Positions 34,857 through 44,099 of a DNA stretch of 64,000 nucleotides are shown one piece after another; positions within the stretch are counted from its first letter, which is position 1, and each line of letters begins with the position of its first letter. The notes beneath the pieces are model-generated. The model was not told where the DNA came from, did not search any database, and saw nothing but the letters and a program-made list of their open reading frames with translations. The stretch lies in sequence record KY963424. One strand, 5' to 3'. The position numbers and the translations under genes are program-made. The DNA comes from Shigella phage SSP1.

Positions 34857-35294
34857 ATGGCAAGCAATGTAAAATATAAACGCGATGCTATATCCCTTAT
34901 GAGAGACGGAATAAAAAGTCAATATAAAAAAGACTCTCAATGTGCTATCTGCGGTTGTGCTGAAGAATTAGAGCTTCATCATTACCATACGGTGTCTCTA
35001 CTAGTTAAAAAATTTGCTAAAGAACTCCAATTGGATTTCACTGACGAAGAAATAGTCCTTTCAAATAGGACGGCATTCTATGATCGATATAGGCATGAGC
35101 TAGTAGAAGACACTGTTACCCTTTGTGTACACCATCACCAATTATTACATAAGGTTTACACAAAAGAACCTCCTTTATTTTCTGCTAATAAGCAAAAAGT
35201 GTGGGTTCAAAAGCAGAAAGACAAATTACAGAATCCTCAAGAAAAGACACAAGTCAAGACTGAAACAAAATCAGGATTCGCAAGGTTCTTATAA
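34857..35294 (+). CDS. HNH endonuclease (terminase/portal-associated)
   Basis: CAICGC...LELHHYH...CVHHHQLLH zinc-binding HNH motif; GAGGAG RBS at internal ATG. Confidence 0.65.
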   Translation: MASNVKYKRDAISLMRDGIKSQYKKDSQCAICGCAEELELHHYHTVSLLVKKFAKELQLDFTDEEIVLSNRTAFYDRYRHELVEDTVTLCVHHHQLLHKVYTKEPPLFSANKQKVWVQKQKDKLQNPQEKTQVKTETKSGFARFL

Positions 35295-36511
35295 TGGGTT
35301 TTAAAAGCTGGATTACTGAAAAGCTAAATCCGGGTCAACGTATTATAAGAGACATGGAACCAGTTAGTCATCGCACTAACCGTAAGCCTTTTACCACTGG
35401 ACAAGCCTACAGTAAAATTGAGATTCTCAATAGAACTGCTAATATGGTTATAGATAGTGCGGCGGAGTGTTCTTATACTGTCGGAGATAAATATAATATT
35501 GTCACGTATGCCAATGGCATCAAGGCAAAGACTCTAGACACTCTCTTAAATGTACGACCTAATCCATTCATGGATATAAGCACATTCCGTAGACTTGTAG
35601 TCACTGACCTACTTTTTGAAGGTTGTGCATACATCTATTGGGATGGCACAGCACTTTATCATGTCCCTGCTGCACTTATGCAAGTAGAGGCAGATGCCAA
35701 TAAGTTTATCAAAAAATTTATATTTAATAATCAGATAGACTATCGCGTAGATGAGATTATCTTTATAAAGGATAACAGTTACGTGTGTGGCACAAATTCT
35801 CAAATTTCTGGACAATCTCGTGTTGCTACTGTTATTGATTCTCTTGAGAAGCGATCTAAGATGCTTAACTTTAAAGAGAAATTCCTCGATAACGGAACCG
35901 TGATTGGTCTTATTCTTGAGACGGATGAAATCCTGAACAAGAAATTGCGTGAGCGTAAACAAGAAGAATTACAACTAGATTATAATCCTAGTACTGGTCA
36001 GTCCTCTGTCCTGATTCTAGATGGTGGTATGAAAGCTAAACCGTACTCCCAAATATCCTCTTTTAAAGATCTAGACTTTAAGGAAGACATTGAAGGATTT
36101 AATAAATCCATCTGTCTAGCCTTTGGTGTTCCGCAAGTGTTACTTGATGGCGGTAATAATGCGAACATTCGACCAAATATCGAACTGTTCTATTACATGA
36201 CTATCATCCCTATGCTGAACAAACTGACTAGTTCTCTTACTTTCTTTTTTGGTTATAAGATTACTCCTAATACTAAGGAAGTAGCTGCGTTAACACCAGA
36301 CAAAGAAGCTGAGGCTAAACATTTAACCTCATTGGTTAATAATGGTATTATGACTGGTAATGAAGCTCGTTTAGAGCTGAACCTTGAACCTTTAGATGAT
36401 GAGCAGATGAATAAGATTCGTATTCCTGCTAACGTTGCTGGTTCTGCAACAGGCGTATCTGGTCAAGAAGGTGGTAGACCTCAAGGTTCCACCGAGGGAG
36501 ATAAAGAATGA
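35294..36511 (+). CDS. portal protein
   Basis: 405-aa protein between terminase and protease/capsid genes; size close to T5 pb7. Confidence 0.75.
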   Translation: MGFKSWITEKLNPGQRIIRDMEPVSHRTNRKPFTTGQAYSKIEILNRTANMVIDSAAECSYTVGDKYNIVTYANGIKAKTLDTLLNVRPNPFMDISTFRRLVVTDLLFEGCAYIYWDGTALYHVPAALMQVEADANKFIKKFIFNNQIDYRVDEIIFIKDNSYVCGTNSQISGQSRVATVIDSLEKRSKMLNFKEKFLDNGTVIGLILETDEILNKKLRERKQEELQLDYNPSTGQSSVLILDGGMKAKPYSQISSFKDLDFKEDIEGFNKSICLAFGVPQVLLDGGNNANIRPNIELFYYMTIIPMLNKLTSSLTFFFGYKITPNTKEVAALTPDKEAEAKHLTSLVNNGIMTGNEARLELNLEPLDDEQMNKIRIPANVAGSATGVSGQEGGRPQGSTEGDKE

Positions 36512-36990
36512 TTGATTATAATGGTCTAAAGACCATTTTTGGTGAAAAACTACCAGAATCTCATATCTTCTTTGCTACGGTTGCTGCGCATAAATATGTT
36601 CCTAGCTATGCTTTTCTACGTAGAGAACTAGGACTTTCATCTGCGCATACTAACCGTAAAGTATGGAAGAAATTTGTAGAGGCATATGGTAAAGCAGTTC
36701 CCCCTGCTCCACCATTAACTCTTTCTAAAGATTTAACTGCTAGTATGTCTATTACAGAAGGGGCAACATTAACACTTTCTGTTACTGCAACCGGTGGCAC
36801 CGGTCCTTATACTTACGCATGGACTAAAGATGGTTCTCCTATTCCAGGTGCTTCAGGAGCTACCTACACTAAGCCTGCAGCAGCTACTGATGATTCTGGA
36901 GTCTATAAAGCAACGGTTACAGATAGCAAGAAAGTTAGTAAACCTTCTACTGCATGTACAGTAACGGTTAATCCAGGTGTTGGAGGCTAA
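36508..36990 (+). CDS. head decoration protein with C-terminal Ig-like domain (pb10-like)
   Basis: C-terminal TLSVTATGGTGPYTYAWTKDGSPIPGASGATYT...GVYKATVTD is an Ig-like domain signature. Confidence 0.6.
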   Translation: MIDYNGLKTIFGEKLPESHIFFATVAAHKYVPSYAFLRRELGLSSAHTNRKVWKKFVEAYGKAVPPAPPLTLSKDLTASMSITEGATLTLSVTATGGTGPYTYAWTKDGSPIPGASGATYTKPAAATDDSGVYKATVTDSKKVSKPSTACTVTVNPGVGG

Positions 36991-36993
36991 TAA

Positions 36994-37626
36994 ATGACAC
37001 AAGCTGCTATTGACTATAACAAGTTAAAATCAGCACCGGTTCATTTAGATGCTTATATTAAATCTATTGATAGCGAATCCAAAGAGGGTGTTGTAAAAAT
37101 CCGTGGATTCGCTAATACAATTAGTAAAGATCGCGCTGGTGATGTAATTCCTGCTTCGGCATGGAAAACATCTAATGCACTTGCTAACTACATGAAAAAC
37201 CCGATTATTCTTTTCGGACATGACCATCGTCGTCCAATCGGCAAGTGTATTGATCTTAACCCTACTGAAATGGGTCTCGAAATCGAATGCGAGATCTACG
37301 AAAGTTCTGATCCGGCTATCTTTTCACTAATTAAAAACGGTGTACTGAAAACTTTTAGTATCGGATTCCGCTGCCTAGATGCAGAGTGGGATGAAGCTAC
37401 TGATATATTTATTATTAAAGATTTAGAACTATACGAAGTCTCGGTAGTTTCTGTACCTTGTAATCAGGACTCAACATTCAACCTCGCTAAGAGCATGAAT
37501 GGTCATGATTATACTGAATGGCGTAAATCTTTTACTGCAATAAGTTCTAAAGCTGTCCCAGCTCAAGAACGTAATCTTTCTGAACTAGAAAAACTTGCGA
37601 TAGCTTTAGGCTACGTTAAAGAATAA
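36994..37626 (+). CDS. prohead protease
   Basis: 210-aa protein immediately upstream of the major capsid gene. Confidence 0.7.
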   Translation: MTQAAIDYNKLKSAPVHLDAYIKSIDSESKEGVVKIRGFANTISKDRAGDVIPASAWKTSNALANYMKNPIILFGHDHRRPIGKCIDLNPTEMGLEIECEIYESSDPAIFSLIKNGVLKTFSIGFRCLDAEWDEATDIFIIKDLELYEVSVVSVPCNQDSTFNLAKSMNGHDYTEWRKSFTAISSKAVPAQERNLSELEKLAIALGYVKE

Positions 37627-37643
37627 CGGAGAATTATTTAAAA

Positions 37644-39020
37644 ATGACTATTGATATTAATAAGCTGAAAGAAGAACTTGGTCTGGGTGATCTGGCTAAA
37701 TCTCTGGAAGGTCTGACCGCTGCTCAGAAAGCTGCTGAAGCTGAACGTATGCGTAAAGAGCAGGAAGAAAAAGAACTGGCCCGTATGAATGACCTGGTTT
37801 CTAAAGCAGTTGGCGAAGATCGTCAGAAACTGGAAGAAGCTCTGACTCTGGTTAAGTCTCTGGACGAGAAATCCAAGAAGAGCGCAGAACTGTTTGCACA
37901 GACTGTAGAAAAACAGCAGGAAACTATTGTTGGTCTCCAGGATGAAATTAAATCTCTGCTGGCAGCTCGTGAAGGACGTTCCTTCGTCGGTGATAGCGTA
38001 GCTAAAGCACTGTACGGTACTCAGGAAAACTTTGAAGATGAAGTTGAAAAACTGGTTCTGTTATCTTATGTAATGGAAAAAGGCGTATTCGAGACCGAGC
38101 ACGGTCAGAGACACCTGAAAGCTGTAAACCAGTCCTCTTCAGTAGAAGTTTCTAGTGAAAGCTATGAAACTATTTTCTCCCAGCGTATTATTCGTGACCT
38201 GCAGAAAGAACTAGTAGTTGGTGCTCTGTTTGAAGAACTGCCAATGTCCAGCAAAATTCTTACTATGCTGGTTGAACCAGATGCTGGTAAAGCTACTTGG
38301 GTAGATGCTAATACATATGGTACTGATGCTACTACTGGTAACGAAGTTAAAGGTGCTCTGACTGAAATTCAGTTCAAAACCTATAAACTGGCTGCTAAGT
38401 CCTTCATTACTGATGAAACTGAAGAAGATGCAATCTTCTCCCTGCTACCATTGCTGCGTAAGCGTCTGATTGAAGCACACGCTGTTTCTATCGAAGAAGC
38501 GTTTATGACTGGTGACGGTACTGGTAAGCCTAAGGGTCTGCTGAAACTGGCTGAAGGCGATAGTGCTAAAGTTATTACTGAAGCTAAAGCTGATGGTTCT
38601 GTTCTAGTAACTGCTAAAACTATCTCTAAACTGCGTCGTAAACTGGGCCGTCATGGTCTGAAACTGAGCAAACTGGTACTTATCGTATCTATGGATGCTT
38701 ACTACGATCTGCTGGAAGATGAAGAATGGCAGGATGTTGCCCAGGTTGGTAATGATGCTGTTAAACTGCAAGGTCAGGTTGGTCGTATTTACGGTCTGCC
38801 GGTTGTAGTTTCTGAGTTCTTCCCGGCTAAAGCTAACTCTGCAGAGTTCGCAGTTATTGTTTATAAAGATAACTTCGTAATGCCGCGTCAGCGTGCTGTT
38901 ACTGTTGAACGTGAGCGCCAAGCTGGTAAACAGCGTGATGCGTACTACGTTACTCAGCGTGTTAACCTGCAACGTTACTTCGAAAACGGCGTTGTATCTG
39001 GTGCTTACGCTGCATCTTAA
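37644..39020 (+). CDS. major capsid protein precursor (pb8-like) with N-terminal scaffolding delta domain
   Basis: 458 aa; coiled-coil-rich first 150 aa; strongly host-optimised codon usage; position after protease. Confidence 0.85.
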   Translation: MTIDINKLKEELGLGDLAKSLEGLTAAQKAAEAERMRKEQEEKELARMNDLVSKAVGEDRQKLEEALTLVKSLDEKSKKSAELFAQTVEKQQETIVGLQDEIKSLLAAREGRSFVGDSVAKALYGTQENFEDEVEKLVLLSYVMEKGVFETEHGQRHLKAVNQSSSVEVSSESYETIFSQRIIRDLQKELVVGALFEELPMSSKILTMLVEPDAGKATWVDANTYGTDATTGNEVKGALTEIQFKTYKLAAKSFITDETEEDAIFSLLPLLRKRLIEAHAVSIEEAFMTGDGTGKPKGLLKLAEGDSAKVITEAKADGSVLVTAKTISKLRRKLGRHGLKLSKLVLIVSMDAYYDLLEDEEWQDVAQVGNDAVKLQGQVGRIYGLPVVVSEFFPAKANSAEFAVIVYKDNFVMPRQRAVTVERERQAGKQRDAYYVTQRVNLQRYFENGVVSGAYAAS

Positions 39021-39041
39021 TACAGGCTTTTCAGCCGATAA

Positions 39042-39065
39042 GGAGAGCTTCGGCTCTCCTTTTTT
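39042..39065 (+). terminator. intrinsic terminator
   Basis: Stem GGAGAGC/GCTCTCC with UUCG tetraloop then TTTTTT. Confidence 0.85.
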
Positions 39066-39079
39066 ATTGGGAAAAATAA

Positions 39080-39592
39080 ATGCAAATCATCACAGCCGAA
39101 GATTATAGATTATATGGTAGCTTAAAACGACCTGAATTAGAATCTGGTGTAGAAATGATGATTACTGCTGCCAATGCGCTGATCACGAGCCTTCTAGGCA
39201 TGGATGATGCTGATGCGGTAGACCAGTTAATCAATACAAAACCTACACGTAGGAAATATTTTCTGAGTTCACCATCTGCTACCTCCGTAACTAAAGTGAC
39301 GATTAATGATAATGAGATTGACCCAGAGCAGTATAAGCTATACTCTGACGGTATTATCCTTCTCAAATTTAATCCTCCAGAAGGTTATATGGATGTAGCA
39401 TATACACAAGGTGGATTTAATCCAGTGCCTGAAGATCTCAAACTTGCAGCGTGTATGCTAGTAGATCATTGGCATAAACAAGATTATCGCCAAGCTAAAA
39501 CAATTGGTGGTGAAACAGTAACCTTCAATAGCACTAAGTCTGGTATTCCAGAGCATATTCGTACTATTATTGAAGTATATAGGAGAGTATAA
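39080..39592 (+). CDS. head completion / head-tail connector protein (putative)
   Basis: 170-aa ORF immediately after capsid gene. Confidence 0.5.
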   Translation: MQIITAEDYRLYGSLKRPELESGVEMMITAANALITSLLGMDDADAVDQLINTKPTRRKYFLSSPSATSVTKVTINDNEIDPEQYKLYSDGIILLKFNPPEGYMDVAYTQGGFNPVPEDLKLAACMLVDHWHKQDYRQAKTIGGETVTFNSTKSGIPEHIRTIIEVYRRV

Positions 39593-40359
39593 TGTCTCTT
39601 TCCGATCTAGCTAAACAAATTATTAAAGAGCAGCTAGATACTGCAGGACGATCTGAAAATAATAAGAATACTGTTGTGTACTCTGTTGAAACAGGGTTAA
39701 AAGATCCTACCAGAGATGGTACTATTGCTCAAGTATCTTTTAAGTTTTCAAAACCCGTATCACAAGATCTTCTTGATGTTAGAACAGCCTCCATACTAAA
39801 AGCTGTATCCTCTAGTTTAGATATTTCAGGAGATTTAGGTGCTCTAGAAAATTTAATACAAGCAACTGCTGGTAAAAAATCTGCTGTAGGTAAAAAACGT
39901 TCTACAGGCAGAGTACAGGTAAACTTTGGAGATCCTAAAGACGTAGAGGATGGATACTCAGGTGCAATAACAGGTGCTTCCGGACGTTTCGTGTCTAATA
40001 GCAATATGAAGGTTATATTAGAGATAGTTGCTAAAGAATACTTAATAAAGGATATGAAAAAGACAGGAGCGCCATTAAAATTTAGAACCGGTCGCTTTGC
40101 AAATTCTCTAAAAATTAAGGATGTTATGCTTAGAGACGCAGAGACTAGTAAAGGTTCTCCTGAATTGAACGTAACATATAATTATATGACTCGTCCATAT
40201 TCTGTGTTCAACCCCGCAGTATCTACATATAGAAGATTATCTCTACGACCTTATCCTGGCGCTAGAAACCCACAAAAACTTATTGGTGAGGCTATAGCAA
40301 AAGCTGCAAGAGACCTGATTCACTCCAGATATAAAATTAAGGTTAATCAAGGAACCTAA
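39592..40359 (+). CDS. neck / tail completion protein (putative)
   Basis: 255-aa ORF in head-tail joining position. Confidence 0.45.
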   Translation: MSLSDLAKQIIKEQLDTAGRSENNKNTVVYSVETGLKDPTRDGTIAQVSFKFSKPVSQDLLDVRTASILKAVSSSLDISGDLGALENLIQATAGKKSAVGKKRSTGRVQVNFGDPKDVEDGYSGAITGASGRFVSNSNMKVILEIVAKEYLIKDMKKTGAPLKFRTGRFANSLKIKDVMLRDAETSKGSPELNVTYNYMTRPYSVFNPAVSTYRRLSLRPYPGARNPQKLIGEAIAKAARDLIHSRYKIKVNQGT

Positions 40360-40362
40360 TAA

Positions 40363-40848
40363 ATGGACCATAGAACAAGTATTGCACAAGCTATGGTTGA
40401 CCGAATCTCTAAACAAATGGATGGTTCTCAACCTGACGAATATTTTAATAACCTATACGGAAACGTTTCTCGTCAAACTTATAAATTTGAGGAAATACGA
40501 GAGTTTCCTTATGTGGCAGTTCATATCGGAACTGAAACTGGGCAGTATCTTCCTTCAGGCCAACAGTGGATGTTTTTAGAACTTCCAATCCTGGTGTACG
40601 ATAAAGAGAAAACAGACATTCAAGAGCAACTTGAAAAACTCGTAGCGGATATAAAAACCGTTATTGACACAGGTGGAAATTTAGAATATACTGTTAGTAA
40701 ACCTAATGGATCGACCTTCCCATGTGAGGCAACTGATATGATCATTACATCAGTTAGTACAGATGAGGGTCTACTGGCCCCATATGGTTTAGCAGAAATA
40801 AATGTAACAGTGAGGTATCAGCCTCCACGTAGGTCACTTCGCAGATAA
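40363..40848 (+). CDS. tail terminator protein (putative)
   Basis: 161-aa ORF directly upstream of tail tube gene. Confidence 0.5.
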   Translation: MDHRTSIAQAMVDRISKQMDGSQPDEYFNNLYGNVSRQTYKFEEIREFPYVAVHIGTETGQYLPSGQQWMFLELPILVYDKEKTDIQEQLEKLVADIKTVIDTGGNLEYTVSKPNGSTFPCEATDMIITSVSTDEGLLAPYGLAEINVTVRYQPPRRSLRR

Positions 40849-40874
40849 GTTACAGATTAGGAGAAAATAATTAA

Positions 40875-42281
40875 ATGTCTTTACAACTATTACGTAATAC
40901 TCGAATCTTCGTGTCTACGGTTAAGACCGGTCACAATAAGACCAACACGCAAGAGATTCTAGTTCAGGATGATATTTCTTGGGGTCAGGACAGTAACTCA
41001 ACAGATATTACTGTTAATGAAGCTGGTCCGCGTCCAACTCGTGGTTCTAAACGTTTTAATGACTCTTTAAACGCAGCTGAGTGGAGTTTCTCTACTTATA
41101 TCCTGCCATATAAAGATAAAACTACTAACAAACAGATTGTTCCTGACTATATGTTATGGCATGCACTTTCTAGTGGTAAAGCTCTTAACCTAGAAGGTGA
41201 TACAGGAGCACACAATAACGAAGCTAACTTTATGGTTAACTTCAAAGATAACTCTTATCACGAGTTAGCAATGTTACATATTTATATTCTGACCGATAAA
41301 GCATGGAGTTATATCGATTCCTGTCAGATTAATCAGGCAGAAGTTAACGTTGATATTGAAGATATTGGTCGTGTAACTTGGTCTGGTAATGGTAATCAGC
41401 TTATTCCTCTGGATGCTCAGCCATTTGATCCTGATACTGTAGGTATTGATGATGAAACTTATATGACTATTCAGAGTTCTTATATCAAGAACAAATTGAC
41501 TATCCTGAAAATTAAGGATATGGATTCTGATAAGGCATATGATATCCCTATTACTGGCGGTACTTTCACCATTAATAACAATATCACGTACCTAACCCCG
41601 AATATTATGTCCCGTGTAAATATTCCGATCGGTTCATTTACTGGTGCGTTTGAATTAACTGGTTCACTAACTGCCTATCTAAATGATAAATCTCTTGGTT
41701 CTATGGAGCTGTACAAAGATCTTATCAAGACTCTGAAGGTAGTTAACAAGTTTGAAATTGCACTTATCCTTGGTGGTGAGTATGATGATGAACGCCCGGC
41801 AGCTGTGTTAGTTGCTAAACAGGCGCATGTTAACATTCCTACTATTGAGACTGATGATGTACTTGGTACTTCAGTAGAGTTTAAAGCTATTCCTACAGAT
41901 CTGGATACTGGTGATGAAGGTTATCTTGGTTTCTCTAGCAAGTATACTAAAACCACTGTGGCTAATCTGATTGCTACAGGAGATGGCGCTAAAACTCCAC
42001 CAAAACTAGTTGAATCAATCACAGTTAAATCTGCTGGTAATGTCACTTCAGTAGCGAACAGTAATACTCTACAGATGTCTGTTGAAGTAACTCCGCCAGA
42101 TGCTACTAATAGTGCCGTAACCTGGTCTATTTCTAGTGGTGATGCAGCTACAATTGATCCAGAGTCTGGTCTATTAACTGCGGACACTACTAAGACAGGC
42201 TCTGTTACTGTCAAAGCTGTAGCTAAAGACGGTTCTGGTGTAGAAGGTACTAAGAGCATTACAGTTACTGCTGGTGGCTAA
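40875..42281 (+). CDS. major tail tube protein (pb6-like) with C-terminal Ig-like domain
   Basis: 468 aa; C-terminal Big_2-like segment VTSVANSNTLQMSVEVTPPDATNSAVTWSISSGDAATIDPESGLLTA. Confidence 0.8.
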   Translation: MSLQLLRNTRIFVSTVKTGHNKTNTQEILVQDDISWGQDSNSTDITVNEAGPRPTRGSKRFNDSLNAAEWSFSTYILPYKDKTTNKQIVPDYMLWHALSSGKALNLEGDTGAHNNEANFMVNFKDNSYHELAMLHIYILTDKAWSYIDSCQINQAEVNVDIEDIGRVTWSGNGNQLIPLDAQPFDPDTVGIDDETYMTIQSSYIKNKLTILKIKDMDSDKAYDIPITGGTFTINNNITYLTPNIMSRVNIPIGSFTGAFELTGSLTAYLNDKSLGSMELYKDLIKTLKVVNKFEIALILGGEYDDERPAAVLVAKQAHVNIPTIETDDVLGTSVEFKAIPTDLDTGDEGYLGFSSKYTKTTVANLIATGDGAKTPPKLVESITVKSAGNVTSVANSNTLQMSVEVTPPDATNSAVTWSISSGDAATIDPESGLLTADTTKTGSVTVKAVAKDGSGVEGTKSITVTAGG

Positions 42282-42285
42282 TTAA

Positions 42286-43185
42286 ATGTACTACTCTCTA
42301 ATGAGAGAGTCAAAAGTTATAGTTGAGTATGATGGTAGGGCATTTCATTTTGATGCCCTATCAAACTATGATATACAGACTTCCTACGAGGAATTCAAGA
42401 CTCTTCGTAGGACTGTTCATCGTAGAACTAACTATGCAGACTCTATTATAAATGCTCAAACTCCCTCTTCTATCTCTCTAGCAGTAAATTTCAGTAATAC
42501 TCTTACTGAGGCTAACTTCTTTGAATGGTTAGGTTTTGATAGAAAAGGTAATACTTTCTTACTCCCACTATATAGTAGTAATATTGAACCTATTATGTTC
42601 AATATCTATATAGTAAATAAAGATAATAACTGTGTATATTTTGAAAACTGTTATGTATCTACGGTAGATTTTTCTTTAGATAAGAACATACCAATTCTTA
42701 ATGTTGGTATTGAGTCTGGGAAATTCTCAGAGGTATCTACCTATAGAGAAGCAGCTTCTATTATACAGGGTGAAGTAATGTCTTACAGCCCAGTAATAGC
42801 TTCTACTAATGGCAGCATCTTACCCGGTCTTATTTCTGCCTCTTTATCTTTCCAACAGCAGTGCTCCTGGAGAGAGGATAAGAGTGTTTTTGATATAAAT
42901 AAAATTTATAATAATAAAAGAGCCTATGTAACTGAAATGAATGCTTCGGCAACCATCTCTCTATACTACTTAAAACGTTTTGCAGGAGATATGGTTTATA
43001 ATATAGAACCGGAGATAGATATACCTTTAACGATAAGAAATAATAATATTTCTATAGATTTTCCTTCAGCACGTATTACAAAACGCCTAGAGTTCTCAGA
43101 TGTGTATAGAGTTGAGTGGGATATTATACCTACTGCTTCTTCAGACCCAGTGAGAATAGATTTCTTTGGAGAAATTAAAAAATGA
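42286..43185 (+). CDS. hypothetical tail-associated protein
   Basis: 299-aa ORF between tail tube and tape measure genes. Confidence 0.45.
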   Translation: MYYSLMRESKVIVEYDGRAFHFDALSNYDIQTSYEEFKTLRRTVHRRTNYADSIINAQTPSSISLAVNFSNTLTEANFFEWLGFDRKGNTFLLPLYSSNIEPIMFNIYIVNKDNNCVYFENCYVSTVDFSLDKNIPILNVGIESGKFSEVSTYREAASIIQGEVMSYSPVIASTNGSILPGLISASLSFQQQCSWREDKSVFDINKIYNNKRAYVTEMNASATISLYYLKRFAGDMVYNIEPEIDIPLTIRNNNISIDFPSARITKRLEFSDVYRVEWDIIPTASSDPVRIDFFGEIKK

Positions 43186-43586
43186 TTAATTTAAAAGATA
43201 TTACTCTTGATACTCGTACTATTACTCTTTCCTACCCAGGTATGCCGAACTTTAAACTAGAACTTAACTATATGTCTCGTGCTACCTCTAAACGTGTTAT
43301 TTCTTCTGCTAAACGCGATGAATGGGTTAACGGTACTTTGATTCAGGTGCAGGATGATGATAAGTTCATTGAAGCCTTTGTTGACGCAGCTATTAAAGGC
43401 TGGACTGGCTTAACTGTTGGTGACGTTGAAAAACTGATGCTGATTGAAACAGACGCTGATCCTACTACTGAAGTTCCTTTTAGCCGCGATAATGCTGTAA
43501 TGCTCATGCAGAACTCTGCTGCGTTTGATTCTTGGATCAACCAGACAGTGTTCCACTTAGACACTTTTCGTAGCCCAAAAGCGTAA
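43182..43586 (+). CDS. putative tail assembly chaperone
   Basis: 134-aa acidic protein upstream of tape measure gene. Confidence 0.45.
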   Translation: MINLKDITLDTRTITLSYPGMPNFKLELNYMSRATSKRVISSAKRDEWVNGTLIQVQDDDKFIEAFVDAAIKGWTGLTVGDVEKLMLIETDADPTTEVPFSRDNAVMLMQNSAAFDSWINQTVFHLDTFRSPKA

Positions 43587-43647
43587 AGAACTCCTAGATG
43601 CTGTTGCTGATTTTGCAGATAAATGTATTAAAAGCTCAGCATCTAAA

Positions 43648-44016
43648 ATGACCAAACAACAATATTTGATACTTTGTGAGTCAATGGGTATAGAACCTGA
43701 TCCTAAGGCTATGCCCGTTGAACTCGAAGATTTTCCACCTATTGTATCTATTAGTATGAATATTTATAACAGTCTGATTGACTGTTTCATACCTGGTGAC
43801 TTTCCTATTTTTATAGGTAAGGATAAGGCTGCATTAGGTGTTTTATTTGATATTTATGGGATTACTGATCCTATAGAAAAAGAATTTGTTCTACACATTA
43901 TCAATATATTTGATGCTAAAGCTGTAGATGCTGCACGTAAGCGTGCTGAGAAGCATAAACCGCAAAACGGAAGGATTCCTAACGTTAAGCCACATGCTAG
44001 ATCTCGTGCACGGTAA
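43648..44016 (+). CDS. putative tail assembly protein
   Basis: 122-aa ORF immediately upstream of tape measure gene. Confidence 0.4.
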   Translation: MTKQQYLILCESMGIEPDPKAMPVELEDFPPIVSISMNIYNSLIDCFIPGDFPIFIGKDKAALGVLFDIYGITDPIEKEFVLHIINIFDAKAVDAARKRAEKHKPQNGRIPNVKPHARSRAR

Positions 44017-44051
44017 AAGTTTCCTCCAATGGGCGTTCCACGATGAGGCTT

Positions 44052-44082
44052 GGCTCTGGGTGATTTGCCCAGAGCCTTTTTT
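44052..44082 (+). terminator. intrinsic terminator
   Basis: 9-bp stem GGCTCTGGG/CCCAGAGCC then TTTTTT. Confidence 0.85.
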
Positions 44083-44099
44083 ATTGGGAAAAATAAAAC

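Noticed and set aside
38604-38972. Minus-strand ORFs overlapping structural genes (e.g. 38604-38972, 39103-39366, 41921-42259, 48120-48476, 58628-58993)
   Set aside because: Fully embedded antisense to well-supported, highly expressed structural genes with no start-site context; typical spurious antisense ORFs.
43574-43580. Canonical -1 slippery heptamer C CCA AAA at the end of the putative tail chaperone gene, suggesting a programmed frameshift into the next ORF
   Set aside because: The -1 frame terminates after five codons (TAG at 43595-43597), and the downstream ORF 43648-44016 is in the +1 frame, so a G/GT-type fusion is not supported.
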